Assembly: GCA_012295275.1 (NCBI GenBank)
Contig: CM022673.1
Location: forward strand, 22,692,001 to 22,756,000
DNA: 64,000 nt
Direction of reading: 5' to 3'
DNA from: Chrysomallon squamiferum
Lineage: Eukaryota; Animalia; Mollusca
Part shown: in pieces, positions 14,601-27,800 of the stretch
Layout: each line of letters starts with the position of its first letter
Position numbering within the stretch: the first letter of the stretch is position 1
Notes under the pieces: model-generated
The model's input: only the letters and a program-made list of their open reading frames with translations
The model's database searches: none
Told to the model about the DNA's origin: nothing
Made by a program: the position numbers and the translations under genes

Positions 14601-16468
14601 AAATCAGGATATAATTTCTGTACTGCGTGTCCAGGAGATACCACAACCGATCAGGATACGTCAACCAACAGCCAGGATTGTAAAGGTAAGGTTATTAAGA
14701 CACGAGCATGAATGCATATCTTGTCCTAGTCCAAACTGCTGGCTTAAACAAACTAGAATTTCTAATATAACATCTGTATAAATATAATATTAGTTAACAG
14801 TAAAGCTAAGGAAGATAAACTTTGATTACAAGAAGCAATAGGATACAGTCATTTATTAATAATTTGAGAAATACAGTCTGGTATTTCCTTTCAGTAGGGA
14901 TAACATTTATATTAAACATGAATGAATGTATGACATGATTCTAGTGAAAAATACAACAAAGAAAGCTCATACTTAAACATGTTTAGTAATATTTAATAAT
15001 TAAAATAAGAATTACTTATATTTTGTATCATGAAAATGAATACAAAACAGATGGATTTACTGAAAATGCATATGTATACACAAAAAGCATAAACAAATAA
15101 ATAATAAATTATAATGAACTGTTTTCAGTGTAATGTCAGAGACAAGTGAGTTTTACAACTGACTTAAACAGATGATTTATTTCATAATCTGTATAAAAAT
15201 TTTGATATAAAACTTTAACACCTCATATCTAAAATTAAAATAGAAACATTGTTTTTCAGACCGACATTGTAGATGGTACCAAGGTCGGTATCAAGGTGTG
15301 ATAGAAACTCCTAACTACCCTGGTAATTACCCTGTCAATATGAAGTGCACCTGGAAGATAAAACCAGAGAAGAGAAGAAGAATTCTGATCATCATCCCAG
15401 AGATCTACTTGAGAGAAGATGACAAGTGTGGAGATGTTCTTGTCATGAGAAAATCAAGTATCTGTGCTGCACTCCCACCTCTCCATTAAATCAAACTATC
15501 TGCATAGCTATATCATATTCAGTTTTTCTTAATATTCCATGATTAGTAGTTTTTCCACGAAATGCAAATTTATGAAGTTTTATTTTTCAGATACTTTTTT
15601 TCTTGAAATTTTATTTTTGGTAATCTTATGGTTTTATAATGTATTATAACCATCATCCTGTATATTTGAAATATATTATTAGACATGCAGTAGATAACAG
15701 TAAATCTACAATGATTCTAAATGACTACAAAAATGTATTTAAAATATCTTATTTGTATTTAAATTCTTTGCAGAGTCACCTTACAGTCTGACAACATTTG
15801 AAACATGCAAGAGCCGAGACAAACCAATTGCATTTACAGCACGATCAAAAAAGCTTTGGATTCAGTTCAAGTCTGATGCCAACAACACGGCTGCTGGCTT
15901 TTCAATTCCTTTTGTCACTTATAATGGTTAGCTGAAAGTAATTTTGATATTATTACATTATAAAATATTATTTTTAAATTCTGATGAGGCATCAGTAATT
16001 AAAATTTATGTTCTGTTTTTCAGAAGAGTACCAGTCATTGATTGACGACATTGTTAGTGATGGAAGACTATACAATTCATACCATCAACAGCAAATATTT
16101 AAAGTATGTTTGAAGATTACAGTATATTATCAGTGTATTTGTGTTATGAATTTACAAAAAGTTATTGTTATGAAGAATGTTTTGTCTAGCAATATATATA
16201 TGAAACATAACTCTGATAAAATAATATGGAATAATAAATCTGTTGAAAATGATAAATAGCTATTTGAATAATCAGAACATGATTAATATATGAAAAAACA
16301 TTTAAATAGTGTTGTTTTTTCCAGGATAGAAGATTGTTGGATGTATTACTTGAAGTAATTGCAGAGCCACCTGCCTATTTCAAATATGCCAATGTGTCAC
16401 ACAGAATGTTTCCTGAATCTTTCTTTAAACTCCTCACACCAAAAGTACGGAGGTTTTTTGCAACATGA
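3956..16468 (+). CDS. SCUBE: Signal peptide-CUB-EGF domain protein (SCUBE), 21 exons visible, about 950 codons; first (signal peptide) exon not identified
   Basis: Exons (all AG/GT bounded, frames join): nine EGF exons 3956-4075, 4191-4313, 4620-4742, 5015-5134, 5690-5806, 7081-7197, 9041-9163, 9566-9682, 10078-10200 (e.g. [27 protein letters not shown]); spacer 10315-10530, 10950-11072, 11476-11634, 11823-11925, 13068-13171; Cys-rich repeats 13596-13760, 14072-14239, 14524-14685 ([15 protein letters not shown]); CUB 15260-15457, 15774-15926 ([11 protein letters not shown]...[10 protein letters not shown]...[18 protein letters not shown]); tail 16024-16103, 16325-16468 ([12 protein letters not shown]...PKVRRFFAT*). 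The order 9xEGF-spacer-Cys-rich-CUB and the tail motifs are diagnostic of SCUBE. Confidence 0.95.
4453..4638 (+). repeat. 28-bp tandem repeat (6 full + 1 partial copy) built from the intron/exon junction of SCUBE EGF3
   Basis: Unit tattaatgaRtgttttgataattacMgM starts at 4453, 4481, 4509, 4537, 4565, 4593, 4621. The variant pattern repeats with an 84-bp period. Confidence 0.95.
12100..12851. repeat. Intronic 23-bp minisatellite, roughly 30+ copies
   Basis: Unit approx. cagtRtaacacttgtttKRtgYa repeated through SCUBE intron 11926-13067. It explains the repetitive ORFs at 12074-12851. Confidence 0.95.
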
Positions 16469-19400
16469 GTATGTTTCTGCTAGGCCCTCTAAGCTGAATA
16501 CTCATGACTTGAATAATCTGAAGTGTATTTTAAATTTATAAAGTGTTTTTCTCTGCTCAAAGCAGGCTAGCAGGAGGTAAACATTATTTCTCATACATCA
16601 CATACTTATTCATAGTCTATTTAGTTTTCTTCCTCAAAGGAGAAGTTAGTACAGCAAAAGTGGGTTCTTGCAAATGTAGACAAGTATAGAAAATTTGGAT
16701 TACCTATATCTGCAGACACTATTCTAGTTATCCAGATTTACAAATGCTAATAAAAATTAGCAGTTTTATGTAACAGCTTATAACAATACAAACATACTTA
16801 GTTCACTGGTGTGTATGTTTAACAGTACATGCATTTGGAGCCTGGCTTTGAACAAAATCTGTTACTTACTGATAGTACTTTCATAGATGAAACCTGGATG
16901 AAATTCTAACCAGTCAGGTAACATCCATCAGAACAATCTGGTTTTATTCAAATTTCAGTTAGAGTTCTTCATTATACCACTTAAAACAAATAGTACATGC
17001 ACCATTTTTTATTAGTGCTTGTGATGGGAACAAAGAATAAGTGTAAGTAAAAAACTAATGGAAAATATTTTAGGTTCAATTTTTTAATGTATTTTATTGT
17101 CCAATGTGATTGACTTGATCATTATGCAGTGCTAATAAGCATATTACTTCTGCCTTTATTGTTGTCTGATTGGTCATTAGTTTACTCCTATCTGATGGAC
17201 AGAACAGATTGATTACACTTCATTTTAATAAATGCCACAGATTAACATGGATGGTTCAACTTCCAGTAACTTCCTGTTACCCAACAATATTAAAAACATT
17301 AAGTTGCAATAGAATAAAATACTAATTCAAACTGTTCACCTTCCAATATCCAAAGTCTTTAAACATAAAATAAATCCTCAGAACATAACATGTATCATTA
17401 TTAGTAGATATTCTTGATTTTGAGATTAAAAATGCTTCCACTGGATATGGCTTAAATCAGACCACTATATTATGGCACAGAATTACATTTTTCTGGCAGG
17501 CCAATTGTTCATTTTAATACTTTTCACTAGTTCTTAAAAATATGTCTTTACATATCAGTGTCTTCCTGTGAAAAATAAACTAACTACTGCATAGTTTGAT
17601 CTATACAGTGTTCTGCTTGCTTGAACAAACTCTGTATGGCATTGGTTCAAAATCACTGGAGTTTCCTAATTCAAAATAAAAACTAAAATAACTGCCATAT
17701 TTGTAGATTACTATGGTAATTTCCATGTTGTCATCCTTTACATTCAACATTTCCAAGTGGCATTCAGTTCACCTTTATATTGCTATATTTATCTGTACAG
17801 CTACTTTTATGTAATTGTAGAAACTAAGTTTATTCTTTTATATTCTTATTTGGTGCATATATAATTTTATATACTATAATTATGGGTCAGATTTGTTTTG
17901 GTTGTACAAGTATATCAATATACCAAGTCACTGTACATTTTAGTTTATATTGATATTTGTCATTTAAAATTGCTATATGCATGGTTTTATCTCTGTTGAT
18001 TATCACTTGTTTATATTTCCAAACAACTATAATATATTAAACTTTTTTCACACTAAAACAGAAAAATATTTCTGAAATGTCTAAAATATCAATCAATTAT
18101 GTGTCAATTTTATGATTATATTTGTTGTAATTTTTTATAACAGTTAGTAGAACAGGATTATGTATGTGGGCAACAAAGGTGGGGAAGAAAGATTTTAAAA
18201 TATTAAAATCAACACTGATGTTAATAAGAACAATTAAAATGCTTTATTTAACAATGTTTATTTTCCAATTAAAGCAATTATTTTAATATTTTGAAGCAGC
18301 AGATTTGATAAAAATCAACAAAAAAAACCCCCTGCATTTGTGAAACACATGTAACATACTTATTATTATTTACAACCAGAATATAAATTATGAATGATTT
18401 CAAAAAAAAGTTTATTTTAACGATCACTAGCGTGTTATGGAGTTAACACACGTGTAAATTTCATATCTAAGATGTTAATTTTTGTGATATATTTATCAAT
18501 GTATTATAATATATCTCTTATTATTGTCATAAAAGAATTAAACTTTAAATTTCATCAATTATAAATTGAATGAAAATCTAAATGTTTTTTATATTATATC
18601 TATTGCCTTATTAGGTTTACTAAAGTTAAACATTATAATTATGCCTTTATTCTCTTTGTTTAAACTGAAAAGTTTTATTTAATAGAAGTATTTGAATTAA
18701 TTTCCATCAAACATTCACGTTTAAATATTTATGTATATAAAAAAAAATTGAAAATGGGATATGAAATAAAGTAATTAAATGTAAAGATAATAATAAAACT
18801 GAAAAAATAAATTATTATTACCACTACTGACAGAAATTTGAACTGGAAATACACGTGAGATAGTATTAACAAACATGTTACTGTGTGCAAGTTTGTCAGT
18901 TTTAGCTTTCAACATTTAAGACATTTAATAACCCTATAATGTTTCTGTAAATCTCTCTTCTCTAAATGTGTTCACTGTCTTTTTTAGTTCTTGCTTCTTC
19001 TCACGCAATACACTTATGTCCTTGTATTATCAAGAGAGTGAATTTGTCTTGTTCCTTTTAATGCTATCATACAAAACAGAAATAGAAAACTGTTGAAATT
19101 AAATGCTTCTTTTTCTGAATTAAAATATATCTCTACATCTTAAAAATAACAAAAGTTTTGTTAAAGTCTTATTATTAAATGAAAAAAAATAATAAAAAAT
19201 ATGGTAAAACAATTTTAGATTTATTTTAAAAATTTATTTCCATTTCTGGTTTACGCTTCATGATTTGCCAAGTTTATATAAATATTATTTTACATGCTGC
19301 TTTGTTGTTGTTTGCTGATAAACTGTCAGTTTTTGTAAAAATAAAATATTCTTTATGTTATATTCACTTGTTATGTTACATAGTTTCATACATAATCATT

Positions 19401-19778
19401 GACATTTTGCAGAACTATATAAAATGCAAAAAAAAACAACTGCAGAAAATATCTCATATCCTCATTCTGCTGGGATTTTTTTTTACAATACTCATTTTTT
19501 AAAGCCTAATGCAATTTTAAAGCAAACATAGAAAGGTTATCAAGACTGGAATTCTGATTATTGTAAGTGAGAAGAATTTGGAATTTAGAATTTGTAAAAA
19601 TATTTCTTAAAAATATCTTTAAAAAATTGAAATTCCCTTTCACTCTTATCTTCATTTATACATAAAAAATTAAAGAAAACATCAGTGTCAGATGGCAGAT
19701 GAGTTGCACAAAGCTGATTACAGTTCAGGCATTTTTGTTTTTTATCTTTCTCTGGGATATTTATAAATCTGGGATGAA

Positions 19779-20991
19779 TTACTTATTTGAGATGTAGGCA
19801 TCTGTTGGTACCTCTGTTGTACTCATCTCCAATTTCTTCACCTGAACAGCAATGTCAAAAAGATAATCATAGCACTCAGCCCTAAAAACACATAAATATA
19901 TAAAACAAATAAAACACTTACAAAAATTATTTCTTGATAAAAAACCCAAAACAAAACAATAACAAAGAACCAAGCCAAAAGAAAAACAAACAGCAAATAC
20001 TGAAACAGATATGTTGCAGGTCATCTTGTTGAAAACAGGATCTCACTGGTTTAGTATTATCTCAGAACACATGCCAGAAAGATGAATACCATAAAGATAT
20101 ATTCTGTATTCTGGAATGCAATGACTAATTCTGTTACAATAATAATTTATTCTGGACTATGATAAATTATTCTTTGGTTTAGAAGTATACAAAAAGATTT
20201 AATTATTTCTCATTAACTTTTAGTTTGCATTAAACAAAAATGTGAACTGCCAATTGTAAACCATAAAACATGCCCTTTGCTTTGTTTTTTTGTAATAGCT
20301 TTCCACAGTCTAGGAGATTCTGAAATAAGTTGATAAGAAGAACAAATGGAAAAAAGAAATTAATGAAGTAACAGTGGGATAATGGAGAATGAATGAACAA
20401 ACAAATAATTTAATTTACTTTTAAAATCAAAAAATGTATATAAAATCTGTAAAAATCTTTAGTTAAAATTGTTATATACTGTAATGTCAGTGCAAAGGTA
20501 TATGAACTTAATAAATCATTTGGGGTTATTGTAATAGGTTTTGCTTTTTTTTTAAACTGAAGTAAAATAAAAGGAAGCTTCTGTTAGACATATGTTGTAA
20601 TATCTCAGGATTATTCACTGGCTAAAAAAACCTATAACAATACTTACATTGATTTCGCTCTCTGCCAGTTATCTCCCCACACATAAAAACCATGTCTTCT
20701 AACCAGTACAGCGCATGTATCAGGGTAATCAGTCATTGCTTTTGCCATGGTATCCTGGATTTTATGAAGTGGAAATAAAAATGTAAAATATTTATCAGAA
20801 TAAAAACAAAAGCTGTATAGGTAACAAAACAACTGAATTATTATACTGATATTTTTCACTATGAATAAGTAATAAAATAAAATTATTCAAATGGTTCAAA
20901 CTATACTAAACAATAAATTTAATTAGAATTAAATCTGTCTTCTGAAACAAGTAATTGTGACAATTATTGCTGAATAAATAAATGTGTGCGC

Positions 20992-21022
<31 letters not shown>

Positions 21023-24000
21023 CTAGTGAAGTATTAAAAATTTACTTTATAAGTGCTTGAGTTATCTCACAGAATGTTTTATAATAATTTAAATTTGAGT
21101 GGCAAACCGTTAAATCTTTTTCTTCTGGTGTATTTTCAATAATAGGTACCACTATTTCTTCATCATAGGTATGATTTACACCTGAAAACCATTATAGTTA
21201 TGCAGAACAGATGGTATGATAATTTATTTAAAACTTTTAACAGTTGTTTCTTCATTAAAGCTTCTTAAAATGAAAATGACTAAATTTACAAAAACAACCA
21301 GATAAATAATCTGATTATTATATTCTTCACTTCCAGTAAGACACACCAAGAAAATGATTGTATGATAGACATCAGATTCCATTTTTTTATCAGAACATTA
21401 GAAATAATTTGTGTATATCATAATTCATTAAACAATGGAGTGAAAAAAAAAATAATAATAATAAATTAATAAATAAAATTTAAAAAAAATAAAGAAAAAA
21501 AGAAAATAATTAGAATTTAAATGATAATAATAATTAAAGGGAGATAATTGCTCAAATAATAAAAAAATCCTGTTGGTTATTCAAAAACAGATAAACTTTG
21601 AATACATCAATCTCATGAAAAACAAAACAACTAAAAAAAAATAAAATGAAATGAAAAACACCCCAAAACCCAGCTGAAACTGAAATGTAGATAAGTCACC
21701 TTTAGAATCTTTCTTGATGCCTTTTATCATCTCCATGTGAGAAATTCTGAACTCTGGACCAGGAAACAGCAGAGTGACCATCACAGCTGATTTGGAATGA
21801 CTGTGAATTACTGCTCCTGCATCTGATTGATAAAACAATGAATGTTCCTAAATAATATTTTATAATTTAAATTATAACACGTTAAATTATTCTTTTAGAA
21901 GTAAATCCAAGTAATCAAAACAAAACCACAAAAAACTACAGTTAGAAAAAAATAGATTTGTTTTACTTAAAAAAAAGGAAGAAAACAATTTGCAACTTTA
22001 AAATCAATACAAACTTATCTTAAGTGTTGAACTAGTCTTTATAAAAGGTAGCAACAGGTTCCATTTAAAAACAAAAAAGGAATTTATAACTGCTTTGTAA
22101 AATGTTATCACCACACAGTAATGCTGTAGTCAAGAAAAATAATTTAGCCTGAGATAGCTGCAATAGTGAGTGCTAAAATAGTTAGTAGTTAAATATGTTT
22201 TTAAAACTGCATTTTCTCTAAAGTAGTAGAAACACACTTTTAAAAATTTTGACTGTTATGCCATTTCTGTTTTGTAATTTAAACATACTTCTCATCTTGT
22301 AGGCATTCATGAACAGTGGAGTACACTGGCTTTTCTTCAGCCTTTTGACTGCTGGAGGTAATGAAATGTCTTCATTATTCATTGTTTGGATAAATAAATC
22401 TTCTGGCTAAAACATGCAAAATATAAAACATTCCACTCTGAATAATCATCACTAACAAATATTTTTCAGTTCTTTTAAGCAAATTTAGTAAATTTGAAAT
22501 ATCATTATAGTATTAGATAAGGCTATCTAATTAAACAACAGCAACAAAAACTAGAAAACAACAAATGAAAAGCCCAAGCCTTCCAAAAAATCAAAGCAAC
22601 AAATAAAGATAAAACAATCCACCACCAAAACATAAACACAATAAAAACAATAAATAAAAATAAAAAACAAGTAATACGCAATACAATATCTGGAAAATAT
22701 AAAAAATAAAACAATTAACCCATAAGTCTAATTTCATTTTTAATCTTTCAAAACTGTTAACATTGTTGAAAATTAATGAATTAAAAATAAACTAATGATT
22801 GAATTAACATTTTAAAATAATCCGAAGTCATGGTTTCTTTTCAATAAAGAAAAGTTCATTTTTTCATAATACAGATATACAAACCGTAATTCGTTCTTTC
22901 TGAACACCTGATGGAGCAATGTAGATTTCATTGCTGAAATAATAAGATATTTACCAATCAAAATATTAGAGCTTTCTCTTAAATTTAAATTGTTTTGCTA
23001 GAAAATAAATTTAATTTCATCAAGATGAAAGAAAATGTCAAAATGAACAAGATGGCAATTTTACAGAGTACAGACTATCATCAAGCAATCTCTTACAATT
23101 ATGTTACTGAGACATGATTTTAATCCATTACGCTGCTATAATTGGAATGGGATATTGCTGGTATGAGCAAAGCAAATCACTGATTCTGTGATGTTACAAT
23201 TTTAAAAGAATTAAAATTTTCTTTCACTGACATTTCATTTTTTAACTAGAATTTTGTTACTATAAGACAAACTTTATTGGAAGAAATGCAGACTAAGTTG
23301 AATACACAATAACAAGACAAAACATACCCCTGTCTGATACTGATACCTCCTCCTGTACCAGTGAACCAGCCAAGATGATAAAACAGCCGACTTAATTCAG
23401 GAATTAATTTTCTTGGATGTTCATCCATATCAGTCTGATTATATAATATAAATAAATAAATATATATGAATTAGGCCTAAGACTTGTCTTTGTTCTAGAT
23501 AAATAATACTAATTTAAAAAAAGGTTGGAACAGTAATACTTCTCAAATAAGTCTAACATTTCATTTAATTTTCATCTCTTGCAATGTCTGAATACAGGAT
23601 TTTGAACAGTTAGTCAGCATGGAACAAGCAGAATATTTATCACTGTTTAAACATACTACTTGTATCAACAATGCTAATAAATAAAGTAAATGAATGAATA
23701 TTTATGAACACTGTAATTCATTTTAATATTAAAATTTTATTATTATTATTATTATTATTATTTGTAATTCTGATATGAGAGGAAACCAGTTGCCACTATT
23801 TTATGGTCTATTTTTAAATTAATATCATGTCATTGTTTATGACCCACTATAACTTTTGATAAACTAGTCATGCAACAGAGGAAGAAATAAAATAAAACAA
23901 AATAAATGCATATAAAACGTGACAAGATGGATAAATGGAAAAATAATTAATAAAATAAACAATAATCATTTTTTTATAATAATAATAATAATAAAATAAA

Positions 24001-24417
24001 TATAAATAAAGGGAAAAACAACATTTATATAATAATAATCGTTGCCGTTGTTTAAAATAAACTATCAGTATTACTGTATGATGTATCAGTCATTCAGTGT
24101 CATGGCTGGTGTTTTTTCTCTGCTGTATTATTGATATATTTAAAATGATGACCTTTACACCGTATCACTGATACTATCAGTGTATAATGTTACTTTTGTT
24201 AGTATCAAATATTTAAATTTTAATATTACTTTTTTAATTTATTAGCATAAAATATTAATAATGATATTAACATTGATAATTTGGTCAGTTATAATTTATA
24301 CTGATAATCGATATTAATGTTGATATATTACAAATTTGTAAAACTGTGTAAGTTCTGATCATTATATTAATTCACTTAATTAAATCGTCTAACCGCATTG
24401 TTTGTTATGTTCTGCAT
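19779..24417 (-). CDS. APIP: Methylthioribulose-1-phosphate dehydratase (APIP/mtnB), about 234 aa, 8 exons
   Basis: Exons 24394-24417 (candidate first exon MQNITNNA, less certain; in-frame alternative ATG at 23428), 23328-23434 ([28 protein letters not shown]), 22885-22933 ([13 protein letters not shown]), 22289-22406 ([13 protein letters not shown]), 21700-21822 ([10 protein letters not shown]), 21108-21181 ([13 protein letters not shown]), 20648-20754 ([13 protein letters not shown]), 19779-19881 ([12 protein letters not shown]...*). All phases are consistent and the Zn-binding HxH and RRHG motifs are intact. Confidence 0.96.
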
Positions 24418-24592
24418 AGCAGTACTGAGTACAGAAAAATAAATTCTTAATGTTTTTTCTTTCACTAGCTATATTCGATGGAGGTCAAGGACAATACAAT
24501 AAGTTTGATCGGGTTGCTTGTTTAATATATGAATCTGTTTCCGTTAAAGACGGCGTAACATTGAAAAAAGGAAACCGATAACTTTTGAAGAA
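24418..24592. promoter_or_regulatory. Putative bidirectional promoter between APIP and PDHX
   Basis: Only about 175 bp separate the divergent start codons (24417 on -, 24593 on +). CpG is locally retained. There is an AGGTCA-AGGACA nuclear-receptor-like direct repeat at 24482-24493 and a YY1-like AAATGGCG over the PDHX ATG. Function is inferred from geometry. Confidence 0.65.
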
Positions 24593-24857
24593 ATGGCGTC
24601 TGCTGTTCTTCGATTAACCAAGTTTGGAGGGCGACCATTTTTCACAGTACATTGTCTTTTCAGACAGACATTCCCGACAGCAGAAAGATGTTTTCATTTA
24701 AATCCAGCATGTTACGGTACGAACTAATCAGACAATCAGGACTCAGTGAAGTAGAACTAGAAGTTGAATTAACCACTAACCTAAGTCTAAGAATAAATGA
24801 ACAAATGAATGTTTAACGACACCCAGGCACCAAAAAAAGAAAAGAAGTAATAATAAT

Positions 24858-24895
<38 letters not shown>

Positions 24896-27800
24896 GCTAT
24901 TGGGTGTCAGGCAAAACTAAATATATAAAAATGGTGAATATTTTCTATTTAAAAATTCAAAATTAAAACGCCAAAACATGGCGTAAAGAGTGTATGATGT
25001 ATCACATTCACACTATATTTAAATTATAATTTATGGTAAAATTCAAAACAAGTTCAAGATGGACCGCCACCAAAACGTGGCGCACTGTCAGAGTACTCTG
25101 TCACTGTGACAATGTTCACACTGAGATGGACGATCCTTCTTCAGGAGAAATGAATGGGTCAAACAAGTATGACTGATGTGAGCATGACACAAGACTATCT
25201 CATCCTTCCTGCACCTCTGTAGGAGGACCGCCACTCTGCCAGGACTGGCTTCACAGAATGAAGTTTGTTTGTGATTGCACCATTCCAGTTATCCTGCCAC
25301 ATCAAAAAAATATATTGGTGAATTTGATGTTTAAAATCATTGTAACACACACCAACCTCGACTTGAGGCAAATCTAATGCAGATTTGGCAGCAGAGTCGA
25401 CCTTTTCATTGCCAGTGATGCCAGCTGCATATTAAAATTACACCAAGATCTCTTTGATAGCATTGATACGAAAAAGTTACAAACTTTTATCATAATCTAC
25501 TGAGAAACTGTGATTTGTTTCTGTCATAAACACTGAATATCTTATATAATTTTAATCCAGTTTACCTGTTTTTTATATTGAAATGAAGCAGTACAGTAAT
25601 TTTAAGGAAGTTGCTAAAACTCATGAATATTATATTAATTACTTAAAAATCTATAGAAATTAAACCAATATGTTAAAAGATCATTTTTCAAGATTGATGA
25701 ATTGTAGGGGCCTTTACATATTTAAGTATTTTTCTAACGTTAATTTTTTACCAGTTAATGAATACCATTAATTAGTGTTAATTTGCCCTATGTGTCATTT
25801 GCTATGAACACTGCTTATTTTGATATTCAAAATTAACTATCTGCTATCCTAAATTTTTGTATGAAACTTGGCAGACCATGAAAGAAATGCTTAATTTGAA
25901 TTTAAAGACTCAAGTAAGTTTACTTAGGAGTGTGACACATGATGTTCATTTTGAAACAGTAAATTTGTCTGTTGATTCTCCATTGTTTATCAGAGATGAC
26001 ATGTCAAAATATTTTCTTTACAGTTAATAAATTATAATTATTAACAACCTCCAGTGTATTATAAAAACATATATTTGATACCGTTTTTAAAATTAAACGT
26101 AGGAATGATATATATACATAAATTAAAAACAAGCATATAATGCAATCTAGTTACCTATTGAGACAGTTCAAATATATATATTCAGTAATATTGTATATTT
26201 TTCAGATGTTTTGAAAATTCATATGCCAGCATTATCACCTACAATGGTAGAAGGAACAGTTGTGAAATGGTTAAAAAAAGAAGGTATGTGTCAGTACCAG
26301 CAGTCAAATGTCTACTACATTTAGAGTTTTTATATGGAAGAAAATTAGCGTATAATGATATATATTAAAAAAAAAGAAAGATGGTTGTGTTCGTTCAAAA
26401 GATAAACATACATACATATATACATGCAGAGAGAGATATTTGTATTTTGAATGATGTTAGTTGTATGTAAGAGAGTAAGATAATGTCTAACATAGATGCT
26501 GAAGGATTAATTCAATGTTGTCGACCTGTAATGTTTTGACCCAGCCTATAAAAATAAATTCCAGGTACTAAACAATTTATCTGGCAAGCTTTGGACTGCA
26601 TTTGTTGCATACAGGCTAAATCTTTTCTTCAAATATAAAAAAAAAGAATGAAATTGTATTTAAGATTCTATTTGATTATATTAATTTATTTAATTGACTG
26701 TATAGAAGTTAGAGCATTCTTTTCACTTGCAAGTTGTGTTTCTGCTAGTCTTAAATATGATAATAAATTAAAATGAAAGTAAACTGAAATAAATGTTAAC
26801 TTACTGTGAGAAGATCAGCTGTATACAACAACATTCTCACTTGAATTGACATTATGACACTAAAACAAAATATACCTAATTCAAGCCAATTGGAAATATA
26901 GCCAGATATCTGAAAGAAAAATAAATATTTTGTTACCAGTAGTATGATTATATGTAGCATTAAATTAACTTTCAACTATGACATTTATATTATTAACTTA
27001 TTTTGATTTTGTTTATTAACAAACAAAAATAGCTATATTACAGTATATATCTTTATAATTCAATATATGTTAACATTTGTTTATAACTTTGATACAGGAG
27101 ACAAACTGACCCCTGGCGACATCCTCTGTGACATTCAGACTGATAAGGCTGTTGTAGGCATGGAGAATGAGGAAGAGGGAATTCTTGCAAAAATATTGGT
27201 GAAGTTGCTTAGTCTCAATATGCATTTCTTTTTACAAAGTATTATCGGCATGGTATTTTAGATATTCAGGAGGATTTCATTTTCTGGGAATAATAATAAT
27301 CCATTTTTGTTGTTATATATATGTAAAATACATTATTTTGATACAGAATAATAGCTGTATTATTATTCTGAGATTATTACTAATAATGTTATATTGATGT
27401 ACAGTCCTTCAGGTTAAGCAGAGTTCTCATATTTTTTATTGTTTATTAATTTTTTTGTGATCCTAAACTGATTTAGACATGTTCTTTATACAGCAATAAC
27501 CCAAGTATGCAGATTAATGTGTGCTTATTTAAACATTATTTTGATATCCAGACTCTGAAATTGCAATAAATTGTTTTGAAAGACATCAGTGTTTTGTGCA
27601 TGCTCAGATTTCAAGTCACTTTATGGAGTCTCCAGTCAAAATGATTTGCTCTATAAGAGGCAGAAGAGATTTTCTTTTGTCTTTGAGGAAAAATAATTGA
27701 AATACTGTAATAAATATGTTGTGCAAACAGATTTATAATTGAAATGAACCGATATACAGCTGATGTGTAAACAACTTGTTTTATGGTTTTCTAGCAACCA

